The notes: generated by a model not told the origin, from the letters alone. Shown: positions 20,501 to 31,361, counted from the first letter of the stretch. The stretch: 64,000 nucleotides of DNA from Histomonas meleagridis 2922-C6/04-290x (GCA_020184695.1 JAANOX010000002.1:434001-498000); one strand, 5' to 3'. Numbers and translations are program-made.

Positions 20501-22040
20501 TAAGACAAATGAAGAAGATCGAATACCTCGAAAAGCTCAATGGTTATTATCTAATAATGAATTTCCATATTATGAATTTAATTCATCGACAATATTAATT
20601 AATTGTACAAGTGATAAAGAATTATATGTAAAAGTTAATGCATATTCATTAACTACAACTTATAATGTTAATATTGAATCTAAATTAATATTATTATCAC
20701 CTAATCAAATAATTTTACCACCATTATGTTCATATCAAATTAAAATCAATAATAATTTACAATGTCAATATATATCTGATAATGAATCAATTATCATCAT
20801 TGATAATAATGGATTAATTAAATCAAACATTAATGAAGGAGAAACTACAATACATGTACAATATTGTCATCAAATAATACCTATACATATTCGAGTATCA
20901 AATCCATCCATATTACATATTCATCAAATTGTTCCATCTGAATTTAGATTATTATTATTAGATCCATTTGGTTTAGAATATACATCAACAAATGGAATTA
21001 ATTATGAATTAACTTCAATATCCGAAAACTTTAGAAATAATGGAATTGATATTAATGGATATTGTAAAACAGAATTCTTAACACAAGAAACAATTGAATT
21101 AAATGCAATTGCATATAATTCGGAATTTAAATTAATTACTTCAATGAATATATCTGTTATACAAAAGATTACTCCTGAAAATGTTTATTTACAAAAAGGT
21201 ATAACATATAAATTCCATTGTACTTCTTCACATCCTAATTGGTTTACATCAGATAGATCTATAGCACAAGTTAATAACGAAGGTATTGTTACTGCATTAC
21301 GATCTGGTAAGACAACACTTTCATGTAATACGAACATTGATACTAATATTAATATTGTTGATTTAACAGATATACAAATATTTAATAATATACCAAATCA
21401 ATTCCAAGTTAAACCTTTATATTCAAACAATGTTATCGAATCTAAAGTTATAAAACCTTTAGATAATGTATTAAAATGTGAAATCGATAACACATATTGT
21501 GGTGTAATGAGTCCGATCATTAATTCAACAGGTTATTTCTGTATATTCGAACCTAATCCGAAATCACAATGTCCTCCGAAAACGAAACTGAAAGTAACTT
21601 TATCATCAACAAGTGGTAGAAATCAAGTTACAACTGAATATCCAATTGGTTATTCGGATAAAATTAACTTCGGCTTTCCAAATGGAATTCGAGTTTCTGT
21701 ATCTTCATTAAATAGAAAGGTCGAAATTCCATTTAAACTTAAACAATCAGAAATTAAATATGAAACTCCAAAAGGTATTACACTTTCATTCCCAAATAAC
21801 GGAGGAATCATTCTCCGCGCTGACGATTCATTTAAGACAAATGGTATCGTCGTCATCGAACATAAGTTGTCAGGTGAATACCATAAAATTGAAGTCGTGC
21901 ATGAACAAGCAGAACAACAGAAATCAATGTTCCACAAAAGAGACTTCAGAATTAACCAGGATCTGCTGTTCTACATGTGTTTGATAGCTTTGTTCGCTTG
22001 TATTTGGTATATTATTTTCATGATTACTTCTAAGAAATAA
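17505..22040 (+). CDS. NUP210: Nuclear pore membrane glycoprotein gp210/Nup210
   Basis: 1511 aa, signal peptide, N-terminal LLPF...FTITAEGSCANWTS, multiple Ig-like beta-rich repeats and a single C-terminal TM. Confidence 0.8.
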   Translation: MLLLFPIFGCSIFKISHLNALLPFKDPKSIKTPHFTITAEGSCANWTSLNPSIIRVIPNYETPKCSQSALVEVVTTGPKRKTTAIIVESDSGSTLKCDIFVDYVTNVSVLTTTKSIYVESSYETLSVQGYDSENNVFTSLEGIDTKWKIDNEHLKTVAAADAKVTLPNINANKSACLIVQGTKVGQTWATVSLSNGLTAKADLVVVEPISLFPSPIVYILPYSHIPFKLCSIRGTIDSELEYQCVSEISLPSKQYRFNTSNPTVLTVDQSAYGSSYIEGVATVYAIDNAISDNVAMSLVYVAYPYRAEQEVQYIALGDDPIFDPILYTRDGHIIKTYEPIKWEIEGKWDTIGRKEIILRYHDFSFIAIVIVCPPIKFDHDEVVLPQSYSGFPLHLSGGSGNYSFVIENPSLLDYSNSRIQTYKEGITKIRAYDRLIRKYETFCTVIISKVEYVDIKLEKRELLIGSTFSPKCDVFAIEKRRFSVEVMSRFVSEQTEIVSSKLIALHPGFSNIMCSAEGTTSESIKVSVADYLRVEMKGRTSPNSITPITIAGGVLQWPNSPPPSLNITCPGANTTILQHNHFSIDSEYNGECEVTMQNKKTHLNPEPLVLTQKFHLDCSKVNYLKLHVVDEKASTFKECNSPPQKLTSNVSNLYKIVPDHLHKLYVFAHDIYDNIINYYSIITFELRTSNNQILKPLDTHGFDGETIYHFVPRQDVDLSVVSPDLETVIVSLKSILPFYTETSKTVYHVPNKNYTFHIEGGSGLFQTTTENSYIYKDNLIVYPKNSGITHYNLSDLCTDYQPLDIELNSIVVKTLEIIAPTSIPVGIEFQPIVNAYDEDHNLIPFDLLKYAEIKLIPNEAEQININTWKLIPTKTGILTLIAKASNGVTAELNVTVIKPLLISPQYITLLPGETEHLTIIEGPSDIEFNYGDGKIAEINGLEVIANNPGKVIINATIKGIDGIQPFPIYVKVLTPISLEIIPSTKEVIEEGLLILNLIVKTNEEDRIPRKAQWLLSNNEFPYYEFNSSTILINCTSDKELYVKVNAYSLTTTYNVNIESKLILLSPNQIILPPLCSYQIKINNNLQCQYISDNESIIIIDNNGLIKSNINEGETTIHVQYCHQIIPIHIRVSNPSILHIHQIVPSEFRLLLLDPFGLEYTSTNGINYELTSISENFRNNGIDINGYCKTEFLTQETIELNAIAYNSEFKLITSMNISVIQKITPENVYLQKGITYKFHCTSSHPNWFTSDRSIAQVNNEGIVTALRSGKTTLSCNTNIDTNINIVDLTDIQIFNNIPNQFQVKPLYSNNVIESKVIKPLDNVLKCEIDNTYCGVMSPIINSTGYFCIFEPNPKSQCPPKTKLKVTLSSTSGRNQVTTEYPIGYSDKINFGFPNGIRVSVSSLNRKVEIPFKLKQSEIKYETPKGITLSFPNNGGIILRADDSFKTNGIVVIEHKLSGEYHKIEVVHEQAEQQKSMFHKRDFRINQDLLFYMCLIALFACIWYIIFMITSKK

Positions 22041-22298
22041 AGAGAACTTAATATTAATAATTTTGTTTTCAAACGATTAAATATAAATTCGATGCAAAAT
22101 ATTCACAAATATACTTCATGAATATCGAAACATGTTTCGAAAAGTATTCACGAACTGAAAATCAAATGGGAAGAAGAATTCACTCAAAAAATATTCTGTT
22201 TAAACAGAAAAAACTATCGTCGTTTTGAAATTTCTATCGTCACTCATCCGAACTGTTTAATATTACAAATTAGTGTAAAACAAAATATTTGAAAAACT

Positions 22299-23045
22299 TT
22301 AATTTTTATTCCAATTAGCGTGTGAAAGCATTTCAGGTGGTATCAATGAATTTAATTGTTGTATTTCTTCTGGATTTGTTACAACTGAATCACCAATAAA
22401 CTCATTTGCCATGTTTAGAATTTGCGTTGGCGAATATTTATCCATGTTAGGAAGCTCATTTCTTCTTTTAACAATTGTGCAAAATGAAATTGTATCAATT
22501 TTCTCTGTGAGTTCTTTCAAATCAAGTTGATCAAAGATAAGTGGCATATATCTTTCGCATATCTTTCGAAGAGCACTTGAAGTACCATATGTGTAACATA
22601 AATCAATAAAGAAATAAGCATTTTGAGCATTGAAATTGTTATCTAAAATATCATATATTCTTTTTTCTAGGACTTCTATGCCATAGAAAATAGAAAGTTC
22701 CAATAGTGGTATGATATTTTGAGGTGTAATGTCTAATTCTGAAGTGTACATAAAATTAATTACTTTTGGCATTAAATTATCAATATCCAAAGAAAGCTCA
22801 ACAACACCAGTAGAGTTTTCTTGGAAACACTTATCTGAAAATGCATTACAAAAGAAGTTTGATAAATTGGATAAAATAATCTTATGTGCCTTATATTCAA
22901 CGCCATTAATAACAATAGTACAGTCGCATAAGGTATTCTCCATATCTCCAAAGTTGAAAATATCTGTGTAATAGCAATGATAGTAATCTTCCATTTCGTC
23001 AGAATTTAAAAGTACCAAAAATACGATCAAAATGCATTCAATCAA
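22299..23045 (-). CDS. BTB/POZ (and BACK-like) domain protein; likely start ATG 22994
   Basis: DCTIVINGVEYKAHKIILSNLSNFFCNAF...VINFMYT is a BTB signature. Confidence 0.85.
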   Translation of the reverse strand: MIECILIVFLVLLNSDEMEDYYHCYYTDIFNFGDMENTLCDCTIVINGVEYKAHKIILSNLSNFFCNAFSDKCFQENSTGVVELSLDIDNLMPKVINFMYTSELDITPQNIIPLLELSIFYGIEVLEKRIYDILDNNFNAQNAYFFIDLCYTYGTSSALRKICERYMPLIFDQLDLKELTEKIDTISFCTIVKRRNELPNMDKYSPTQILNMANEFIGDSVVTNPEEIQQLNSLIPPEMLSHANWNKN

Positions 23046-26000
23046 AGTTTACCACAAAATGGAGCCAAATTCTGCTATTCAGAAGTTCAGAGAATGGGCT
23101 CTACTTTCTTATGTAAATCAAGAAGTCAGGAAAATATTAAAAATCGAAAAGCTAAATGTTTCTCGATTTTTAATCGATATTGCAAGAAATTCTGATTCAA
23201 TTGATTCTTTCATTTCTAATCTTCAACAAAAGAAAGTATCAATCCCAATAGATTTAACCAAATCAGTCTTTGAGATAGTTAAACGTCATGATGCTCAACA
23301 TATTCAAGTTGATTCTACTATTCCTGTCAATATTCCACAACCTCAACCGACTGAACCACCTAAGATTGGAGAAATTATGAGAGGGCGTGTTACATCTGTT
23401 AATGCTCATGGTGCATTTATTAAACTTGAAGATTATCCAGGAAAGCCAGTCGGTTTTTGCCATAAATCCGAGATGAAATCCGATCCCATGTCCACCATCA
23501 CACCATTTGAAATCCTTAGTACAGGTGAAAAAGTATATGTTCGAGTTATTGAGTCAATTTCCAATTCTATTGCCTTATCTATTCGTGGCATTGATCAAAT
23601 TTCTGGCAAAAGCATTGAAGAAGTATCTTATACATCTAGTAAAACATATGATTCAGGTCCACGTACACATCGAATGAAATCGCCAGATCGTTTTGAACTC
23701 GAACAACTTCAAAATTCTGGTGCCATTAAATCCAGTGACATGTTTGATTATTCTGGTGACTATGGTCTATTATCTATGGCTACAAATATTGAAGAAGATT
23801 TCGAAATCGCACTTAACACTAATGTGCCTCCATTTTTAGCCGGCTTAAAGCGACAAAAGCGTACACATTCTCCAACTAAAGTACAAATAAATCCTGAAGG
23901 ATCATTAGCACGTGGCGCACGAGAAGCAGCGCGTTTAACTAAAGAGCGCCAAGAACAACAACGATTACAATCGATTGCAATTACACAAGGTAATGTACCC
24001 GGACTTTTAGATGATGAAACGCCATCAGTTATACCCAAAAACTTATCCAAATTACCTGAATGGAAGCGCCAAACATTTCAATCATTTGGACCATTACATA
24101 AACGGAAGACCGAGTTACCGATTGCTAATTATAAAGAGCGTATCTTTGACATGTTAAAAAAGCATCGCGTGTTTATCTTAGTTGGCGAAACAGGTTGTGG
24201 TAAAACTACGCAAATACCACAATACTTATATCAATGGGGAATTACAAATAAGAAAATTGCTGTTACACAACCACGTCGAGTTGCTGCGATTAGTGTTGCT
24301 AAAAGAGTAGCGCAAGAAATGGGTACAGTTGTTGGAGATATTGTAGGGTATTGTGTTCGATTTGAAGAATGTACATCTAAGAACACAATGATCAAATATG
24401 TTACTGATGGTATGTTACTTAAGGAATGTTTAAGTGATCGATCATTAAGTGAATATGGAGTTGTAATGTTAGATGAAGCACATGAACGTACTATTCATAC
24501 TGATGTATTATTTGGATTAATGAAAGAAATACTTGAAACAGATTCAGATTTAAAAGTCATTGTAACATCTGCGACACTTCAACAAGAGAAATTCTCCGAG
24601 TTTTTCTTTGATTGTCCAGTGTTAAATATCCCTGGTCGAACATTCCCAGTACAAACATCTTATTTAAGTAAGCCGACAACTAATTATTTAGATACTGCTA
24701 TTCAAACTGTTCTATCATTACATTCATCAGAGCCTATGCCCGGAGATATCTTATTATTCTTAACAGGACAAGATGATATTGATAGTGCATGTGAAATTAT
24801 ATATCAAAAATCCAAAGCAATGGAAGCACGTTGTGGGACATTAATAGTATTACCTATTTATTCAACATTACCAAGTGAACAACAATCAATGATCTTTGAA
24901 GAAACGCCTCCAGGTAGTCGTAAAGTCGTTGTCGCTACAAACATTGCAGAAACTTCAATTACTATTGATGGAATTCGCTATGTTGTTGATCCAGGATTTG
25001 TGAAAGAGTTATGGTATGATCCTAAAATCGGAATGGACACATTAAAGATAGTGCCTATCTCTAAAGCTGCTGCAAATCAACGTAAAGGTAGAGCAGGTCG
25101 AACAGCTGAAGGTAAATGTTTACGTTTATATACTGAAGAAGCGTTCAACAAAGAAATGAAGGATTCAAGTGTACCTGAAATCCAACGTTCGAATATGGCA
25201 ATGATTGCATTACAATTGAAGGCTATGGGCATAGAAGATTTAATCAACTTCGAGTTTATGGATAAGCCACCAACACATACTATCATTGATGCATTAGAAC
25301 AACTTTATGTTTTAGGCGCGTTAGATGAAGAAGGTAATTTAACATTACAAGGTAATCGAATGGCGCAATTCCCATTAAGTCCACAACTATCAAAGATGTT
25401 AATCACTTCAGCTGACTTTGGATGTAGTGAAGAGATCATTACTATTGTTGCGATATTAAGCGTACAAGGTATATGGTATCGACCACGTCAACAACAAGCT
25501 AACGCTGATGCAATGCACGCGCGTCTTAATCGTGAAGAAGGTGATCATTTAACATTGTTACACGTGTATAGAGAATGGGTGAAAGCGAATCGTTCTGAAC
25601 AATGGTGTCGTGATAACTTCGTTCATTGTCGATCATTACGACGTGCGGAAGATGTGCGGAACCAATTGAAGGGTTTAATGGAGAGATATCATTTGCCTTT
25701 AAGGTCTTGCGGTAATGACATGCAACTCGTGCTTAAGTCTATTGTCTCAGGATTCTTCGCTAAGGCTGCAAGAAAAGAAGGACAAAAGGGTTACCAAACA
25801 TTGGTGGATAACCATTTGGTGCATATGCACCCGGGAAGCGCATTGTTCGGAAGAGACCCGGATTACGTGGTGTACCACGAGCTGGTGAACACATCGAAGG
25901 AATTCATGAGAAATGTGGTGGCGATAGAGCCAAAGTGGCTCGTGGAACTGGCGCCTGCATTCTATAGAAAGGCTTCGCCGTCGGAAATAACAAAGAGGAA

Positions 26001-26091
26001 ACGTAACGAACATTTGACACCGCTGCATGATAACTTGAGAGAACATGAGAGAGATTGGAGAATTACGGATCAAAGAATTGTAAGGTTGTGA
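23032..26091 (+). CDS. PRP22: Pre-mRNA splicing DEAH helicase Prp22/DHX8
   Basis: S1 domain, GETGCGKTTQIPQYL, DEAHER, SAT, QRKGRAGR, HA2/OB C-terminus. Confidence 0.92.
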   Translation: MHSIKVYHKMEPNSAIQKFREWALLSYVNQEVRKILKIEKLNVSRFLIDIARNSDSIDSFISNLQQKKVSIPIDLTKSVFEIVKRHDAQHIQVDSTIPVNIPQPQPTEPPKIGEIMRGRVTSVNAHGAFIKLEDYPGKPVGFCHKSEMKSDPMSTITPFEILSTGEKVYVRVIESISNSIALSIRGIDQISGKSIEEVSYTSSKTYDSGPRTHRMKSPDRFELEQLQNSGAIKSSDMFDYSGDYGLLSMATNIEEDFEIALNTNVPPFLAGLKRQKRTHSPTKVQINPEGSLARGAREAARLTKERQEQQRLQSIAITQGNVPGLLDDETPSVIPKNLSKLPEWKRQTFQSFGPLHKRKTELPIANYKERIFDMLKKHRVFILVGETGCGKTTQIPQYLYQWGITNKKIAVTQPRRVAAISVAKRVAQEMGTVVGDIVGYCVRFEECTSKNTMIKYVTDGMLLKECLSDRSLSEYGVVMLDEAHERTIHTDVLFGLMKEILETDSDLKVIVTSATLQQEKFSEFFFDCPVLNIPGRTFPVQTSYLSKPTTNYLDTAIQTVLSLHSSEPMPGDILLFLTGQDDIDSACEIIYQKSKAMEARCGTLIVLPIYSTLPSEQQSMIFEETPPGSRKVVVATNIAETSITIDGIRYVVDPGFVKELWYDPKIGMDTLKIVPISKAAANQRKGRAGRTAEGKCLRLYTEEAFNKEMKDSSVPEIQRSNMAMIALQLKAMGIEDLINFEFMDKPPTHTIIDALEQLYVLGALDEEGNLTLQGNRMAQFPLSPQLSKMLITSADFGCSEEIITIVAILSVQGIWYRPRQQQANADAMHARLNREEGDHLTLLHVYREWVKANRSEQWCRDNFVHCRSLRRAEDVRNQLKGLMERYHLPLRSCGNDMQLVLKSIVSGFFAKAARKEGQKGYQTLVDNHLVHMHPGSALFGRDPDYVVYHELVNTSKEFMRNVVAIEPKWLVELAPAFYRKASPSEITKRKRNEHLTPLHDNLREHERDWRITDQRIVRL

Positions 26092-26697
26092 TGATTAAAT
26101 GGTTTAAATGTTTAAAAATGTGTTTGAGCTTTGATATGTTGCAATTATTGAGCAAAAAAGATTTGGTGTTAATGCTGAAGATATATTTGGAAATAATTTA
26201 AATTATATAATACAGCATTTTTGATTGCTTATCATAATAAACGTATTTTGAACTCCTTCTTCAACAAGAAGAAATTGATAGCAATCCTAAAAATAGATTT
26301 TGTTTTGATGCTTTTGTGTTTCAAAGAAATATTTAAAATATTTCTAGGGCTATTTTTAGTATTTCTTTTAATAAAACATTTCCAATTTTAGGATTAAAAG
26401 TATTTGTTATATTTGCATATCTAAGTAATTTAAAGCAGTACATATAACATCAATGGTCACATATCAATAGTTTAATATCAATTCCTATTGTATAAATTAT
26501 TTAACACAGTTGCATGCAACTAAAAATGATCAAACGAACTCAGCTTTTATAATTAAAATTCACGAATTTCTACACCTAAGCAACACGTTATTGTGCTATC
26601 ATCAAAAACGCATATTAGATTTAACAACAAAAACAAATATGTGCACATAAACGATAACTAATCAAAACAGTCAAAAAAAGTGTTTTAAGCCGTCGTT

Positions 26698-27708
26698 TTA
26701 AGGAAGCTTTGGAAGGTGCTTAATATAGATATGGTCAAGCGAGTGAACATCTTGGAAAGGAGGCCTATTTTGCTCGATTCTTTCTGACTCTGGCCTTGCC
26801 TTGAATGTATTAATTGTATAAGTTTGAGCACTTCCACCCTTTTGTCCGAATTGTGAAGTCTGGGCGTGCATTTGTACGACGGAAGCAGCGTTTTGGATCC
26901 AGCCGCAAAAGTTAGGAGCTGACCACACTGTGATACATTTGCCATTAAAGAGATTAGTGTGGCCATTCATGCAGAGTTGCTTCGACCTGATGATGCAGCT
27001 GAGACCGTTATCTTTGAGGAATTTGTCAATTTGGGGCTCCCCAAAGAAATAACCGTGGTGATTTTCAATGGGAGTGAAGTTGGTATATCCCTCCTTGGGA
27101 ATCGACCAAACGAGCGAGGACCATGAATCGGCTAATGGGACTTCAACAAAGCGGTTGAATTCGTTGATTTGGTTTAGCTTAACAATGGACTTGTCAATGC
27201 CTCCTGATAAACAGAAAAATTGATAACAGACTTGGGCTGCTAAGGGAAGTGAATCAAATGCATCCATAAGTGCTTCCCATGCTCGGGGTGATCCATACGC
27301 ATTGATAATTTCTTCATAGAGTCCACATACTAGTGTAAGACGGCGTGACTCATGAGCTCCACGAAGAAGATAGACATGGTCTGGATACTTAAGCGCAAGT
27401 GAGAATAAAAGACAAACTGTAGCAATGTTCCTATCACCATAGTTAACAAAGTCACCTAAAAATAGGTATGAAGTGTATGGAACAGCACCACAGACATCAA
27501 ACAATTCATGGATATCATCAAGCTGGGCGTGAACACTTCCGACAATAGTCATTGGTTGAGTTATAGATAGAAGATTAGGAAGTGTAGAATAATGACGTTG
27601 GAATTGTTGACATAGGCGAACAAACTCATCCTCGTTTGGTTCCACTGGGTGTGGCTTCATGGCATCATTAAGGAATTGGTTGATGTCGAAATTTGCTTCA
27701 GTAGTCAT
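26698..27708 (-). CDS. PPP-family (PP2A/PP4/PP6-like) Ser/Thr phosphatase homologue with degenerate metal ligands
   Basis: Overall PPP layout (YLFLGDFV, YLLRGxHE, TVWSAPNFC) but GSVHAQ, GDFVNYG, RGAHE, SGG and RSKQ replace the catalytic motifs. Confidence 0.85.
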   Translation of the reverse strand: MTTEANFDINQFLNDAMKPHPVEPNEDEFVRLCQQFQRHYSTLPNLLSITQPMTIVGSVHAQLDDIHELFDVCGAVPYTSYLFLGDFVNYGDRNIATVCLLFSLALKYPDHVYLLRGAHESRRLTLVCGLYEEIINAYGSPRAWEALMDAFDSLPLAAQVCYQFFCLSGGIDKSIVKLNQINEFNRFVEVPLADSWSSLVWSIPKEGYTNFTPIENHHGYFFGEPQIDKFLKDNGLSCIIRSKQLCMNGHTNLFNGKCITVWSAPNFCGWIQNAASVVQMHAQTSQFGQKGGSAQTYTINTFKARPESERIEQNRPPFQDVHSLDHIYIKHLPKLP

Positions 27709-28079
27709 TTGATTGACAAACCGTCGTTAATTCCTTCAAAACGGTTTTTCGGTTTTTCATTGCATAAACACAACGATTATTTTTGGAAAAAATGAAAAAC
27801 GACCAATTTAAAATTGTACCGAAATTATAATTGACACTTTATTTGTGAGAAAATATTAAATGCCAATTGTGGAACGCTGAGTTTCATTGTCAATATAAAT
27901 ATAAAAAATCATTGCATGATGATTTAAGCACAGTTTTTGGTATAAAAGGTTGAGTATAAAAAGCACTTTTATAAAAATTCATTTTTATAAAATCATTTAT
28001 CATACATATTAAACCATCCTTTTTTACTGTAAAAATGACTTAAGTTCACAGATGACACCATTTTATTAAAGTGGATCAA

Positions 28080-28847
28080 TCACCAAAACTTTAGTTTGGA
28101 CAAAGAATTATATAAAGATGATAAAAATGTTCCATTCTGATTTGAAACTGTATCTTTTCCAAGGATCATTTCCTGGAATAATGTGAAATAACTTTTTTCT
28201 TCTAATGGAATTGAAGTTAGATCAGTCTGTTTAGGAAGTTTTAGTAAACGCTCTAACTCAGGTTCAACCTTTGCTGCTCTTGATGGTATTTGTAATAGTT
28301 CTTCTTGTTGAAATTTGCCGATGTAGCAGCCTACCATAATATGTTCGTCAATCTGCATTGTTGGTGTTATCTCTTCAATATCTTCAATGTTTTTGTCAAA
28401 CTCTAAATAAGCCCAGTTGCCTCTATTGCTCATTTCAATTTTTGGATGATATCCAATTTGAGAAAAGTAATTAGATAATATATACTTTTGGGAAGGCAAC
28501 ACACCAATAACAGAGATTACATTTAGTGAAGTTGGTGAATTAATTTCTTGTGCACTTAATTGGCCATATATTGATTTATCAGGAATATGAAAATCACTAA
28601 TAAATTCATCATTATTTGTTAAGTTACTTGAGTTTTTGTCCTTCCTTTTTTGTACATATCCGAATTGTCCGTAAGGGCGCTCTGTTTCTAATCTTTTTGG
28701 CAGCAAACTTGACTCCATTTTGGTCTTGGCCGTTAACATGCCAGGAGACCGTTTCTTTCTCCCAGTTATGAAAATCTGACAATTTTTGAAATAAAATATT
28801 GGATGAATTTTGATCGTTTTTGAATGTTTTGCGATTTTCTCATTCAA
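28080..28847 (-). CDS. Possible Nup35/Nup53-like RRM (MPPN) protein
   Basis: VISVIGVLPSQKYILSNYFSQIG...GNWAYLEF resembles the Nup35-type RRM. Confidence 0.45.
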   Translation of the reverse strand: MNEKIAKHSKTIKIHPIFYFKNCQIFITGRKKRSPGMLTAKTKMESSLLPKRLETERPYGQFGYVQKRKDKNSSNLTNNDEFISDFHIPDKSIYGQLSAQEINSPTSLNVISVIGVLPSQKYILSNYFSQIGYHPKIEMSNRGNWAYLEFDKNIEDIEEITPTMQIDEHIMVGCYIGKFQQEELLQIPSRAAKVEPELERLLKLPKQTDLTSIPLEEKSYFTLFQEMILGKDTVSNQNGTFLSSLYNSLSKLKFW

Positions 28848-29006
28848 TAAAGCATTATAATCAATCAGACATTTTCACCCATAACAGACGGTAGTGTCAT
28901 TATTTCCAACATTCCTCTTCTTATTGAAGCTCAGATTTCAAATTATTAATAAAGTATAACGCATTATAACAATTTATTTACCGATTTTTTATTAAGTTGA
29001 TACAAA

Positions 29007-31361
29007 TTAGTCACTTGTCTTCTTTGAGCGTCTTTTGACTAAAATAATAATCAAAGCCACTACGACAATCACTACTACTACGCATATTACCGCTATACCT
29101 GCAATTGTGCCATTCGATAACATATCAGGATCCATTTCTACTGTCACTAATCGATAATGTCTATCTGCATGATTCCAAGTCGTAGTTACAGTTACATTAT
29201 AATCATCATGTACTTCGCAAGTTGTTTCTAATGCCTCGAAAATACATTTTGGCCTTATTGGGAACCTCAATTCCACAGTTCTTTTGAGAGTTTTCATTTC
29301 TTCATTTTTTGATCCATAACCAATGAATACATTTGTCCAACATACTCCTGTTTGTTCATTACAAAATGTTGATAATGTTTGAAGGTCTGTGTTCATGTTA
29401 TCACTTACTTCTGGTGTATTTCCTTCAGTTGGAATCGAGTATACAACTCCGCAATTATTTGCTTTAAATACTGTATGATTTAAAACTTTTCTTATTGTTG
29501 GTGCCCATCTAACATAAAAAGGTCTCATGTCAGCAAGTTGTTCTGGATCTTCTAAAAACCCACGACAATTAATCGGCTGACTTGAAGGAGTTATACCAAC
29601 AGAAAACATAATGGAAAATGTGTCTTCTGCATATTTTGGTAATGTTCCATACGCTTGATTTTCAAGCATTGACATTGCTCGAGATCCTATAGCATAACGA
29701 AGGGACCAAAAGTTTTGACGATATACATAATTAATATCTTGTCCATAATTTGATAAACCTATTTCCCAACCAACAGATGCAACAAATTTTGCAAGTTGAG
29801 GCGCAAGGTAATTGGAATTGAAAGCAATTCCTCTAGGAATTAATTCCGATTTATTCGAGAACAAATGGAAGAAACCGGACATAATTGATTGCATTGGAAT
29901 TGTTTCTCCTTCAATTAAAGTGAATGGTGATATATCTTCAGCAGGAATATGATCATCGAATTCATAATCTGCTTCATAATGAGAAAATGAATCTAATCCA
30001 ATCCCAACAAACCAATTATTTGGATTAAAGAATCCTCGCCAAACATCAGCGACCATTCTTCTTTGATAAAGTTCATGATCCCATGTGTTCGTATAAAGGA
30101 TACCTCCATTTGATCCGAAATAATCGCCACTACTTGAAATTGATCTTTTTCCATTCTTATTACGAATTGCATGATCAAGTGCTATTTGACATTCTTCTTC
30201 GATGTTATCATATGAAAACGTTGGTACACAATTTCGTAAATTCGCTTCCATTTGATCAGGATCAGAAGAATACTCAATCGGAATTCGGTATATAGTCGTT
30301 TCGGAATAAATATAATTTGGAACAGATATCTTTTTTGGTGGTCCACAGCCCCAAAGAAAGTTTCCAAGATATAAATCAACTTCTTCAGTACTATTCTCAA
30401 ATAATATATTAAGGTCAGGATTAGGAAGCCATGCACCAGCACCATTCGGTTGTGTCTTATATATCTCGGGGAATAAATCATACCAATGATCAAGTGCATC
30501 TAAATAATTATCACTAGAAACTTCACATACATATATACTGAGATTAAAGTCACGTCGTACTTTAATGGGCATTTGGAAGTACGAACAATCATTGGAACTT
30601 TTTAGTTGCCATGGAATAAAGAAGCGTGAATCATCAACATCAATGCCTACTATATGTGTTGCATTGGCAACAATTGGAAAAGAGGTACAACTATATGTTG
30701 ATGGATAAAAATTGATTTGACCATTTGTAACAGATGGTCGATCATATGAATTAAGGACACCAAGTGTTTGAAGGTTGAATGAACCATCAGTTTGCTTAAT
30801 TGAAACGGTGTGTTTGACTAAATTTGGTTGAACATTTTCATTTGTAATTCGATCATCTGAGAATTTAATGGGAGAACGAAGTTGAAATGACAGCTTAGGA
30901 AGCTTGAATCGTGATGTTGTGACTTGATTATGAAGGAATAATTGAATTTGAACTTTCCCTCGTGGAGTTTCTTTTAGTGCATGTGCGGTTCGTAAACCAA
31001 GTCTTGAATTTTGACCATACGCTGGTATCCTCTGAGATCCATAATACATATCAATATAACACTCACTCGTAGTTTGAGTTACTTCGTCACTTGGGCATTC
31101 TGTCACAAAGTGTGTGTAATTAACATCAGGATCAAAATTAAAAGTGAAATCAGCGGTTGCACCTCTTACAACACCAGAAATTACAAGTACGTCACCATCT
31201 AGTTTTGAAGATGAATCTAGTTTCCAGAATGATGTATTTGTAAACGGTTCTAAATGAATTTCATAAGTTTTAGATCCAGAAAATTCACTCTTGGTGAAGG
31301 GATCTATTGAAAAATCTCCGTCAGAATAGCATAGGCGAGAAAAAATCAAATAGAAAAGCAT
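29007..31361 (-). CDS. Type I membrane protein, 784 aa, unknown extracellular (possibly glycoside-hydrolase-like) domain
   Basis: Signal peptide and C-terminal LSNGTIAGIAVICVVVVIVVVALIIILVKRR TM with short tail. Confidence 0.65.
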   Translation of the reverse strand: MLFYLIFSRLCYSDGDFSIDPFTKSEFSGSKTYEIHLEPFTNTSFWKLDSSSKLDGDVLVISGVVRGATADFTFNFDPDVNYTHFVTECPSDEVTQTTSECYIDMYYGSQRIPAYGQNSRLGLRTAHALKETPRGKVQIQLFLHNQVTTSRFKLPKLSFQLRSPIKFSDDRITNENVQPNLVKHTVSIKQTDGSFNLQTLGVLNSYDRPSVTNGQINFYPSTYSCTSFPIVANATHIVGIDVDDSRFFIPWQLKSSNDCSYFQMPIKVRRDFNLSIYVCEVSSDNYLDALDHWYDLFPEIYKTQPNGAGAWLPNPDLNILFENSTEEVDLYLGNFLWGCGPPKKISVPNYIYSETTIYRIPIEYSSDPDQMEANLRNCVPTFSYDNIEEECQIALDHAIRNKNGKRSISSSGDYFGSNGGILYTNTWDHELYQRRMVADVWRGFFNPNNWFVGIGLDSFSHYEADYEFDDHIPAEDISPFTLIEGETIPMQSIMSGFFHLFSNKSELIPRGIAFNSNYLAPQLAKFVASVGWEIGLSNYGQDINYVYRQNFWSLRYAIGSRAMSMLENQAYGTLPKYAEDTFSIMFSVGITPSSQPINCRGFLEDPEQLADMRPFYVRWAPTIRKVLNHTVFKANNCGVVYSIPTEGNTPEVSDNMNTDLQTLSTFCNEQTGVCWTNVFIGYGSKNEEMKTLKRTVELRFPIRPKCIFEALETTCEVHDDYNVTVTTTWNHADRHYRLVTVEMDPDMLSNGTIAGIAVICVVVVIVVVALIIILVKRRSKKTSD

